Assembly: GCA_001724265.1 (NCBI GenBank)
Contig: MEDY01000152.1
Location: forward strand, 1-61,529
Reading direction: 5' to 3'
DNA length: 61,529 nt
DNA from: Rhizaria sp. SCN 62-66
Taxonomy: Eukaryota
Position 1 is the first letter of the stretch. Every line of letters starts with the position of its first letter. A model generated the notes under the pieces. That model searched no databases, had not been told where the DNA came from, and saw nothing but the letters and a program-made list of their open reading frames with translations. This document shows positions 10,744 to 23,200 of this stretch, in pieces. The position numbers were made by a program, and so were the translations under genes.

Positions 10744-11293
10744 TCGGACACGAAGGTCAGTGTGGAACGGGAACGAGTGTTTGAGGACAGGGGAAGTGGT
10801 GACTCACGCGTGGCAGGGAGGAGGGTTGGGTCTGTGGGTCGTAGGAAGGTATTAAGCGTGACGTGTGAGATTTCAAAATAAAAATAAACAGGATACAACA
10901 CGTTTACTATATAAGCAGATAGTGACACAGCGGCCTGACGCACGATTGCGGATATCCAGCAATTGAAAAATCGGGACCTGAACCAGAAATCCGTTCGTGG
11001 TTCGCAGGCAAGGTCCCGGTTGGCGCCTGCTCACATCACTAGGACACTTACGGGCGGACTATGTGGCTCGTTGGGAACACCGTAAATAGGCCTGTGGCTG
11101 GCTGTCGTACTAGATCTCACGAATTTCTGTCAGCTATAACATTATTTTTGCCTAGACTGTTAATCCTGCTCTTCTACCCGCTTCCGTCACTCATACTCCT
11201 TGACTTGCTTTCTGCCCGCCTTCTAGAAATCTCTATCCACACACAAACTTAGCGTTTTTTTCTTCTTGGTCGATTTGCGCACAGCCCTTACGC

Positions 11294-14200
11294 ATGCAAC
11301 CAGTGGGATCCCCGGTCGCTCCCGCGCCGGCCGCCGGGCAGCCCCACGCAGGGGCTGCGGCAGCCGCGGGGACTGCGACGACTCCTGCGACAGTCGGATC
11401 TGCCACTGTCTCCGCTGGTTCCGGCGCCAGCTCTGCTGCAACTGCATCGCAGCTTAGCGCAGCAACAGTGTCTGACATCTCGCATTTTGCCGTTGTATTT
11501 ACGTCGATTGCGAAAGACATGAAACAACAAGCCGCTTGCCTTAGCGCTGACGCTACCGCCAACGCCACCGCCAACACGAGCACGAGCACGAGCTCGCGCT
11601 CGAGCGCGACAAGCACTGACGGAGCCCGTTGCGACAGCGACAGCGATGCGGACAGCTGTGACATTACCACCGCCCCGCGCTACGCCCACGGTGCTCGCGG
11701 TGCCCTTGCCCGGGACGCCAGCGCCGCCGCCTCGGACGCTACTGCGTCTGTTGCCACTGCTTCCGGTGGTGGCGGCGACGGCGGTGGAGGTCGATGGTCC
11801 GTCCCTGCTTCCGCTGCAGCGACGCTGCAGGCGTTTCCGCGCTTTTTGTCGCTTGGCATGAGCACCGCAGACGCTGTAGCTGCCTTTGCCTTCGCCCCCG
11901 CATCATCCTCGAGCTCGAGCTCCAGCTCTAGTGCGAGCGCTGCCTCTGCGGCTGCGTCTGCGGCCGCTGCGACCGCGACTGTGATGGCTGCTGCCGCGGA
12001 CCTGTTCGATCTTGCTCTTCCAACGTCATCGGCCTCCACCGGTGATGAAACGACTTCCACCGCCGAACAACGTGCTCGCACAGATAGTGTCAGATCTCGC
12101 CTGAGTGGGAATGCCGCTCGGGCCACTTATGACTGGCTCGAGTGCACGTGTGCTCCCTCGCTGCCCCAGCCTCGCCACGGCCCTGGCCATTGTGGCGAGC
12201 TCGAATTGGAGAGCGCACTGTGCGCTGCAACGCCGTGCGCTGCGTGCCGGTCGCTGTATCTTGACGCTCAGTCCTACAGTGTGCCGTTGCCTCTCCCGTC
12301 ACTCGACCATCTCCCCTCTCAGTCCCAGGCGCAGTCACCGACTCGGTCGGAAACTGCGCTGTTCACTGCAGACGGCCTGCGCCACCTGCCGGTCAATCTG
12401 CCACTCCCTCTGCACCCCGCCCACGGCAACCTCAGCGCACAGTCGCAGTCTCGCCCGGCCCACTCGATTGACCCCGCGAGCTACTACGCCACTAGCGGCT
12501 TGACTTTGAGCTGGGATCCGGCGGTCACGGGAGCTGTGGCCACACTGTTCCTTTCGCTCGCACTTCCCACGTGCACGACAGCATCTGCCGCATTGCCACA
12601 AAGTGCTGCACCTTCGTCAGGAACTGACGCTCGCGGTAACGTGGCGATCGATTGGTCGAATTCTTTGCAGCAGCTCTGCGCACGCGACTTTGCTGGCAGC
12701 CTCATGTCCGCAGCGCGTAACATAACTACCACGCATGGCAGCCCTTCTGATTTAACTGCTGATAGGAGCGAGATTAACGCGGAAAACAGTAGTTTCGTCA
12801 CCAGTACTCTTGCATCTGCAGTCGCCGCGCGTCGCGGTTTAATCTCGATGCTCGCACACCCCTTGTGTCCGGCAACTGTGCGCACCGCCGCAGTCGGCGA
12901 TTTCTGCGCTTTGCTGGCAGCTGCTGCAACAACCGCGGCCGCTGCTGCAGCAGAAGCAACTACTCCCGTCACTGCGACGGAGCCTGTGACTGCGTTTGTT
13001 TCGGTTCCTTTGGCTCCGCGCCTTGCTAATGTCATCACGACGACGATGCCGACCGTTGCACTTACAGCCATGCCACGCGTTACTACACAAAGCAACGATG
13101 GCAGTGCAAGCGTGAGTGCCGAGAGCGGATCTTTCGCGTCTCTCCTCGACAACTTGCCCCCGCTGACGTCGACAGCACACTCGGTCTCAACTCCGCACAG
13201 CGTGCACAGCCGGATGCAGCAACAATAGCAAAGTCGCGCAATGTCTCTTTGCACCCGCGCGCTGTCGTCGCGGCTTAGCTTCCGCAGTCAAGCCGCTATG
13301 CGGTGTATAGAGGCGCTGTGGGTCGTAGCCATTGTCACTGACCTGTTAAAGGCAGTGACGGTTGCACTTACACTTGACAGCTCAAGTATCAACACCAACA
13401 GCAACAAAGCTGGTCAATCTGCCGCAACGTCCTCTGCAGAGCTTGCCTTCGCCGCTGTATCAGCGTCCGCAGCAGCTTCTATCAAGTCCGCTGTTGTTGC
13501 TGCGTACAGCAATGCTGCAGTTACTCTTCACTCCTCGCATGCAGCAATTGCGCTGCATACCTTAAGTTGTAAGCTCATACATTCTCCCGCTATCGCGATT
13601 ACAGCAGGTGCGATGTCTGCAATGACTGCCTCGACTTCAGCTATTGCCGCCGCGATTGCGGCCGCCCCCGCGCGCGCCGTTGCAGCCTTTGCATCGCTCC
13701 CGCCCCCCATCTTGTCGGCTCCTGTCGCTGCGGCCGCGGCCGGTGGCGCAACCGCTGACGCCGGTACTGGAAGCAAGGAGTGGATGACGGCTGCTTTAGC
13801 TGTGGCTGAGGCAGTGCTGCTCTGGGGCGACAATGCAAGTGCTCAGAGTCACCATCATCTACAGCAACAGCAGGCGCCCACGGGCAGCAGCAGCGTTGCG
13901 CTCGCGAGCTTTGGCGCATCCAACGCCCCTCTCACAGTGACGTCGCTGACGGCCGCTAGTGGCGCGCATCAGACTCTCACAACCTCTGCGCTCACGGTAA
14001 TCGCGCCCACGGTTACGGCCCACTTGCGCCCGCTGTTGTTAGGCTTGCTCAACTGTGTCCGCACGACGTACTCCGAAGTCAAACCGGATTCTGAACAGCG
14101 CTGCGCCCATCTCTCTCCGACACTTGCACAGCAGATTGCACGGCTGTGTGCGTTGACGCTGGGTGCGCGGCCTTTGGCGACAGTGAATACAGCAACGAAC

Positions 14201-17200
14201 AACGATAGCGTGGGTAACGCTGGTTGCGCTGTAAGCCTACGGCCGCTGCCGTTACCGATCTCGCTTCGGGGGCTAGCCATTGTGCTGTATACAGAGCTCG
14301 CCAAGCTGCCCACAACCGAGACCGCGTATGCATTCACAAACCCTGTTCATAGTGATACTGCCAGCTCGAGCGCGAGTGCCCAGGCGCCTGTCCAGGCGAC
14401 TGTAAGCGCTACTAATGTGACTAATTTGAGCGATGCGGCTGTGATGGCGTGCTCGGTCTGCCCTCATCCGTTCATTTCACGTGCAGGCGCCTCTGTCTCT
14501 GCTGCTATTGCGTCCTATCTGCCCACGATTGTTGCGGCGGCACTCGCATTTGAGAACACGCTTCCGCAGAGCGTCTCTTCTGTTCGTGGTTCTCAAGCTG
14601 TAAGTGCGTCGCTGTTCCCACTGGTACGTTTTCTTGTGCTTACCATAATTGGTACTGGCGACGCAACTCATGGTCGGTCGCGCTCCGTTGCCGGCAACGA
14701 GTGCGGCGACTTTGAGCACATTGTGCTGAATGTCGACTCAGGACTGCTGACTCGGCAAGAGCGTGTGAACGTTGCCTTGGCTGTCGCAACAGCAACTGCC
14801 AGCGCTGTCGCTGCCGCTGGCCCTGCGCCAGGCACTGCTGCGGCATCTGGTATCGTTATGGACGGGGCTGATCCTGTTCTGTCGGCGCTGTCGCAGCACA
14901 CTGCACAGCTTCTGTTGTCAACAAACGCGCTCACCAGCGCGATTGTTCGTGGCCAGGATGATAATGTGAATACTCCGTGGTTTGCCCCTGCGAGCGCTAC
15001 ACTGCGCTATCTCGCTGTCTGGGCTGCCCAGCCCGCCCCGTATACACCTGCTCACACGCTCAGCAGCGGCACTAATGGCCAGAGCAGTCGGACGAGCTAC
15101 ACTCCTGCTGTGCAGACTTTGGTCAATTGCCAGTTTGCGCAACTCCGCGCCGAAGTATCCGTCGGAGTCCTGCGGCTGAACTTATGTTATCTTTTGTCCA
15201 CTCCGGCCACGGTCGCTGCGCTGTTACGGTTGCGGCACGCCATTCTGGGTCAGTGGGCTTGTCGCGCTCCGTCTCTTTCTGGGGAGGCCGCAGCGGCGGC
15301 AGAGGCGGCGATGACACTCGGTTTTGACGCCGCGGTAATCACATCTCCAACTGCTGGTAAGCCCATTGTTTCTGCTGGTGGTGTTTGTGCTAGTGTGTGC
15401 GCGCTGGCGTCGTCGCTGCTCGCTCTTCAGCAATGGTCGCGCGCGCTTATCGCCTCCTCTGCAGCCCTCTCGTCACAGAAACTTTACTCTTCAACGGCAA
15501 TCTCAACTGTTTCTATTCGTGGAGGCCTGTGCGATGCTCTGTCACGCTCACTTTTGTTGCGTCCGTTGCGCGCCGCGCTTGCCGCCGCAAGCGAGACCTG
15601 GGCTCTCGTGTCAGCGAGGATTGGCCGCGCCACCGCTGCAATGTCACCTGCCGCTGCAGACATTGTCGTCGTTTCGCTCCCAATGCCCGCTATGATTAGC
15701 AATCCTGATGCTCCGCCTGCGACCGCTGAATTGCCACAAAGCATGGAGGATGGAGGTGGCGGCGAAATCAGTGAGCATGCGACCGCCATGGATGGGCTGG
15801 GACACGTTCTGACACTCGCGCGCGGCAACTACAGCGCTGTGCTCGTGCATCACTACTCCCGTTGCCGCGCACGGAGTGCGAAGGCCAAGATCGCGGCAGC
15901 CAGCGCTCGCGCCAGTGCGCGGGCGCAGGCACAGGCCGCCGCCGACTCTCCTGTGTCGACTGACCTGGCCGCGCTGGGTGCCACAGCAGCAGCCGCGGTC
16001 ACTGCAGTGGCTGATGCGGATGAGGCTGTGCGCGCACTCGCCTTGCCACTGCTGCCGCCGTGCCCGGCGCTGACGACTGTACTCTCTCTGGCTCCGCGCG
16101 CGCCGCTGGGGCTGAACGTTGAGGCGCTTGCACCGTATCCGTTCCCTGCCTCGGTTGCACAGGCACATGCACAGAGCGCTGCAGGCGCATCTGTGAAAGG
16201 TGTGTCAGAGTCGAAGTACTTGGCCCAGTGTCAATGGAGTGTTGTGGCTTCATTCACTGCAGCTGCTGCTGTTGAGGTCTCTGCCACGGCAGCGGCTTTG
16301 CAAGCGAGTGCTTCATGCGCTTGTTCCAACAATTTTAGCACGTCTAGTATTGGCTTTGCTGCTGTTGACAGCGGGTGTTTATGCGCGTGTGACACACCTG
16401 ATGACGCCACTCAAGCTCGGGCGACTGATAGCTTGTTTGCAGCCGGTGCTGGCAATATGACTGTTGCGAATATTGTATCCCCAGCTGCTGCATCCCCTCT
16501 ACCGTCGACCATGTTCTTCAGGCTCTTTTCACAGTCAGTCGTTGCCACCGTTACCGCATTGTCTGTTTTGCCGTGGGCCTCCGTTGCAGCTCTCGACCCA
16601 TTGGCTGGTAATGCTCGTCAGCAAGTGTGCCCCGTCCCGATGGGGCTGTCGATTGCCGCCGCCCAACCTGTCTCATCTGCGCTCTCACGGTATTGTGCTA
16701 CGACGGGATTACTAGCTCTCGACAGCATCCTCGCTGAAAATTCCACAAGCACCGATGATGACAGTCGTGAGTTTCCTTCTGTGTGTGCGTGTAGTGAGTG
16801 TCAACAAGAGAACAACTACAATAACATGATTTGTCTGAGCATGAATACTGCCACCAGCACTCTGGGAATCACTGCTAAAGCCAAAGGTGACGCTGCGAGA
16901 TTTGTCTCGCCGATGTCACTCGGCAGTGAGCCTCCTGCTTGCGTGCTTTGGGACAAGAATACTGCCGCCGCGTGCTTAAACCTCACCATGTTGCTTCCGC
17001 CGACTCTTTTCCCTGACACCTCGACAAGTGTCCGCTCACGGTCGACGCAATCAAAGTGCTCCCAATCTCTTGCTCTGTCTGTGCTACGCGCTGCGCTTAC
17101 GTTCGGCGACTCTGCGCTTTCTCTCGCGGCCGCATCCTCAACTCTTAGTTGTTTTTTCGATGACATTAATGGCTCTGCGCTTGGCCGCGCCGCCCACCCG

Positions 17201-20200
17201 CCTCCCGCCGGCGCTGCCGCGTCCCGTGCTGGTGCCGTGTCCGCCACGACAGTCTACCTTGCCCTGTTGCCCTCGGCCAGTCGTGCACGCGCTCTCTCGT
17301 GGCTTGCCCCGTTGATTGCGGCAGTGTCAGGCGGACAGGCGCAGGCCGTAGCTCTCGCCAGGCCCGCGTCTTGCGCAGCAACGCGAAGCCATGATGAGAT
17401 TGCAGAATTGCCCAAGGACTTTGTCGGGACGATTACACGTCGGATTACTGATCGCTCTTCAATCGGTGTCTCGCGTAACATTGATCAACCTAACTATCTA
17501 TCGCGGATCTTACTCTGGTCCTCTGCCATTTCTGAGCCCGCAATGAGTCAACGCAGGCGCGAGGCAGCCGTGTTGCGCCGCGCAGCCGCTGTTGCTGTAC
17601 CGGCGCTGGCGAGCTTGAAAGCAGGGGCTGGCTTGGCGCTGTTGGCACCACCACACGTGATGATTCGTACAGGCGCTGGTGTCGGGGGCGTTCGCGCAAA
17701 TCAGCCCGACGATGGTGACGGCGGGAACACCACCTCAACTAGGCCTATCTCTGCCTCTGCTGCAGGCGCGATTAAAACGGGTGTTGTACGTGGGGACGCA
17801 TACGTGTGTTTCCCGTGCTACGTTGCAGTTGTTCCCGCTGGCGCACCTGCTCCGGGGCCTTTGGCTCACGTTCGGACGCTCACTTTATTCGACCCCTTTG
17901 CAGACACCGACACTGATTCAGGTTCTGACTCGGGTGAAGATACTGAGTTGGACTCGGCTGATGAGCCGCGCTCAGAGCATAAACACGGTCACGAGCACCA
18001 GCGAGGGACGCGAAATCGATCTAGTGGATGCAAAACGTCTGAAGACGTGCGTGGCGCTGGTGGGCTTGTCATCCGCTCGCAGTGTAACTACTGCATGTCG
18101 GCTCTTCCCCCTTCCAGGACGACACCTTTGGCTAGTACTGATGTGAACAAAAGCGCGCCGACAACAGCTTTTGAACTCTCACCACAGCTTCCGAGTGTGA
18201 CTTCGCTCATGACGCGTTTTGTGCACTCCAACATTATTAACCCCGGAGCAAGTGGTGCTGCGGACGGTGGCATCGATATGACAGACGATTCCAATGCCAA
18301 GAGTAGCGGTGTTAGCTCTGCTGTTACACAAGTCGCCGCTTCACCGTTTCCTCCCCTCGCTGCTGCGGGCGACGCGCTGACGCCCACTGCTGCTCCGCCC
18401 GTGAACGCGGGCGTGATGAGCCATGGGTGCAACCATTGTTGCTATCATACTCGCCCCTCCTCATACTCTCAAACATCCCGCCCTCGGCGCAATCGCCGTC
18501 ACAACCGCAGTCATATGACCTCTAGTGACAGCGACTCTGCCGCGACAGTGAAAACCGCACCTGCTGCATCTGCTGCCATGTATGCGCGCTCGTGGTCTGC
18601 TGCATTATCCTGTGCCTTTCCTGCAGCTGCAGGCTCAGGCGCACTCGCTGCTGCGGCGACTGTTGGCGCGCTGTTCCCAAACCTCAGGGCGGTGTCGCTG
18701 GATCTAAGCCGCCAACTGTTGTCGGCGCCGCGGCTTCGGAGGCTGCCACCATGGCCGCTTGCGCTGCCGCCACAGACTCCCACGCAAACGCAGTCGTATG
18801 ATCATCGGTCGCCAAAGATGTCCCAGTCTCCGTCTCAGCGCTCTGCCCCACAATCACAGTCGCAGGCGCACTCGCAGCAACAGAACACACAGTCGCAACC
18901 GAGTAGTACGCTTGTCGGTTCTGGTAAGGGCGCTGGAAGTGTGTTCGGCAAAGCGAACGTCTCAAACAACGCGCGTAAGAGCTCTAAAGCCTCAGCCAAT
19001 ACGAAGGCTGGTACAACTTCTGCGAAGGGTAATGACAAGAACAAGAACAAGGCTGACAGTGACAGTGATATTGAGTATGTTTCCTTGCTTACCGACAGTG
19101 AAACTGCGAGTGATAGCGAGACCAGCAGCGATGATGACGACGACAACGACTCAGCCGCTGCTACTTCTAAAGCTGCTTCTACAGCTGCGGCGGCTACTTC
19201 TGCTGCTGCTGCTTCTGCTGATTCCGAAGCTGAAGCCAAACGCGCCCGTGCTGAAAACAAGGTACAGCGGCAGCAAGAGCAGCGCACTGCCTGCAATGCA
19301 CGTCGGCTTCAGCGGCAACAGCAGCGTGCACGTGAGGCTACGTTCCGCCCCCAGGACCGGTCGAGCTCGCACGTGTCCTTCTCGTTCTTTGCCCCATTCC
19401 TCTTCTTGCTTGCCCCGCTGCCACCGCAGCCCCTCGCGGCCCACTTCTATTTGCTCTTTGCCAATTCTAATATCGACGATGTGTCAAGTAGCGTACGGGG
19501 AGTGAACTTGCCTGTTGTGCGCGAAAGGACTGTTGGGTGGCGTCTGTCACTGCGTCCGCTGCCTCTTGAGGCTGATACTGTCACTGTGGCGCACAGCCAC
19601 ACCGTGTCCGTGCCACAGACAGGCCCTAAGACGCCAACAGAAGAACCTGTTGTTGAACCACTTCGCTGTGAACGCCAAAGCGTTAGTAACGCGACCAATG
19701 AAAGTACGCGTGCTGTCGCGGCTCTTGCATTCACGCACACGCTCTCCCTCACGCATCCTATCGAGCAAACACTGCTTTTGAGCTACGATGGCAAGGCAGG
19801 CGGCGCGGATGCAACTGCTACGACTGCAAACGGAACGTCAGTTCGCGCGAAGGGAGCAGGCACAGATGTAATTGCTGCGGCCAACACTCTCGTGATGGCC
19901 CTCACAACCTACAATGAATCAAGCGCTTCACAAGCTCAAACCAGTTCGAGTCCTGCAAATTCAAGTTTGAATGTCGACTCGGTAGCTGTGAACCCTCTTT
20001 CACTCTGGGGCAGTTCTGCAATCGAGTCGCTAAAGTGGCTGCAAACTGCTGATCCTGCATCATCGCTGTGGGTGCTGTTGACACAAGCGCCGTCCCTGAA
20101 GCTAAACTGTTTTGATGCTTTAGGTAGTGTTGACGGGACCTCGAATGGTGGTATTCTTTCCCTCGGACAAGCGTTGCTCTCATCGCAGCCATCGACAAGC

Positions 20201-23200
20201 GATATTCGGAACACGACTTCAGTTGATGCTGCGTTTAGTGCAATCTGTGCAGCGATCATGGTCTCCTGCCTTGCCACCCTGACAACTCCTGATGGCAGCG
20301 ACTACAATGCTACACTTCCATTGCCGTTGACTCGGAGCGCCCGCGTTAGTGCTCCTGCGATCGCAGATGCCGCTGTGTCTGATGCTGTCATTACGCTGCA
20401 GCGCGCGTTCCGCGGTTTGCCGTTGTGGGCCACTCGCCTTAACTTCGAGCGTCTCTGCTCTTACACACTCATTCTGCCTGACACGAGCGCTCAGCTGACT
20501 GACTCAGTTACATCGGCAACAACTGTGTTGACATCGTCGGCTAATATTGCTTCCGCGAAAGTACCACCAGTGGTTTACGTGGCTTCATGGGGACCTACTG
20601 TTCCGCGCCCTCTTAACGTCACCGTTTCCGACCATCTAGCTAGTTCAGCTGTCTCTGCGCGTTTTGCCCTTGCTTCGCTGACAGCACCGTCGCTATCTCT
20701 ACTTCCACCTGCGCCATTGGGTGCGTTGACATCATTGTTCCCACTCTCTCCACCGCCAGTGCCATACAGTGTCGACGCCGCAGATGCACCCACGCGCGCT
20801 GATGCGAGTACGCACGGCCTGCGTGGTCTTCCTCCGCTGCGCTCACGGCTACCGCTGCATACTGTACTTGCCACGCGCTCTGATGCGCCTGCTTCAATTC
20901 CAAATTCTGCACAACGGCGGAGGAAGCCGCAACGTAAGCCGTTTGTACACAGTGAGCGGGAAAGCAAGAGCAGCCGTGTGGAGGATGACGACGATGACGA
21001 CTATGAAGACAAGGACTGGAATGCCAACAGGAGCCCTGATGAAGATGGTGACAGCGATGACGAGAACAAGACAGTCACCGTCGCTTTACCACCTCCTCAG
21101 TTTCTGATGTATGCGCCACCAACTAAGCTCGCGTTCCGCCGCAGCAGCAAAGGATACGCCAAGGGTTCAGTAATTCCGCTTGTGGCTGGCACTGTCTGTG
21201 GTGTATCGAAGTTCCATCATTCGGCTAAGCTTCCCGATGCGTGCTCACAGTCACCCATTATCTTCTCATCTTTCCCATCAAACTCTAGTGTGAGTGATGG
21301 CTGTGGCTATCCTCCCATTTCTGTCGCCGCTGCGCCTCCGACTCCTGTCCTCGGTCTTTTTCTTGTGTCCTTACTGACCGACGCACAACCCCTTGTACGC
21401 CACTCTGTTGCCGCGGCATTACCGACTTTGCTCACGGTTACTGCGCACAGTGGCGTTGACGTTGCTGTGTGCACCACTGCGCCCACAGACACATCCACTT
21501 CTTCTGTTGTGGACTCGACGGCGACGGCACATGTCGACCTCAGTGAGGAGCTGGCGCCGTACATTTCTCCGAACTCAACCCTCCCGGTTGTCGCGGCCAA
21601 CGCACCTCCGCTCGTGCCTGCACCGACCGTCCGCGCCACAGGTTACGTTGCGGGCCGCAGCCACCCCACTGCCCATCCTGCCAGTGGTCATCAAACTAAC
21701 GCCCAGTCGCACCAACAGCCTCATGCGCAAACACAAACGCAGCACACGCCAACCCACCCACAGGATCGCGGCAGTCCTATGGCTGACGGCGATAGCAGCA
21801 ACGAGTTGTTGTCGCAAGCGCAACACAAACCGATGATGCATCAACAAGCCTCGCACATGCACTCGCAGCTACCGTCACAGTCGCTGTCTCCGATGGAAAC
21901 ATCGAGCTCTCCTGCTTCGGCCAACACGACGCCAGTTAGTGCGGCTGCAGCGCCTGCTGATTCAGTCACAGGCGCAGTCGCCATGAGCAGTTCTAGCAGT
22001 AGATCAAGCTCCAGCTCCAGCTCGAGCAGTGCAGCGCATGGATTGAATCCTAGTGCTGGTGCCTCACTGTCGATGGCTAGTGAGCCTCGCGTGCCCGTGT
22101 CCGCCCCCGCAATGCCTGCGCCAGCGTTTTCGGCCGGTGGGCCGCTACTGATGCTCTTTGCGGGCGCCTTCGCAACGGTGCCCGACCCGGCACGTTGTTT
22201 ATGCGGGGCCGGTGTTCATAGTAACGCCACTCGGAGTCAATGTGCCTGCAGTGTTACGCCGCGCTGTGGTGTGCCCGAGGCGCTCTCCCGCCTCGCAGTC
22301 GCGCTAACGGCTCGGTTCGAGACGCTCCACGCGCGCGCCGCGAGGGTTGCGACGGTGACCAGCACGGCGCGGCGCGCTGCTGCAGCAGCTCTTGCGGCCG
22401 CTGCCCTAGGACCAGTCTCTGCGCCAATAGCAGCGCCGTCGGCGGCATCTAAGACCCCTGCGGCTACCGCGGCTGCTGGTGTGACAGCTGCGGCAGCCGC
22501 TCTTGTCGCCGCAGCTGCCGGCACACGCGCCGGCATTGGAGGCGCGCTTGCGTTGTTCTCAGGACACTCGGCCACATCAGCGTATAACGGTGCTTATAGA
22601 CTTAGCACCTCGCATGCTGCAGCAATAACACCCGTTAAAGGCGGACGATCTGCTAGTGCGACATTGCCTGGATTTGACAATGATAGTGCTGCTGTTCGAA
22701 CTGGAGGGTTGGCCGAGCCCACGGTCACTTCGCGTGCGCTGGCTGAGGCTGAAGGCAAGATGAGTCGCCTGCCCACGCGTTTCCGTGACAGCGTTGGGGT
22801 GAGTGACTGTGAGAGCGCATGGCTCCATGACAGTTTGGCGATGGTCCGCGCAAACGCTGACCTCATTGACAGTGATGACAATGAGCAGTGTGACCAAACA
22901 TCTTGCGCTGCGTGCAAGCCTAGCAGCAACCCCGCTGCTGACGCAGCTGCAGTTTCCGGCGTGGGTTCAGGCACTGGAGGCGCAGGATATGGAAGCAGCC
23001 CGTACGTGCCCTTCCCGCTCTACATTAGTGGACGCGCGCTCGCTGCGGTGATGAACAACACAAACACTCATGACCCCGCCTCCGCTGGCCAGCAACGAAA
23101 CGCGCCAGCAGTGAGTGTGAGCGCCTTGCTTGCCGCCACTGCGGTGCACTCGCTGCTCACGCTGCCTTTCCGTGCACCCCTGACACCGGGCCTCAGTGCA

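Noticed and set aside
9019-10881. 620-aa plus-strand ORF
   Set aside because: Antisense shadow of GC3-rich UFD1; Arg/Gly/Ala-rich with no recognisable motifs.
13226-13228. Pyrrolysine or selenocysteine recoding
   Set aside because: Sec uses UGA, and Pyl machinery is not known in eukaryotes. The sites are mostly in low-complexity linkers, and one lies within a Gln run.
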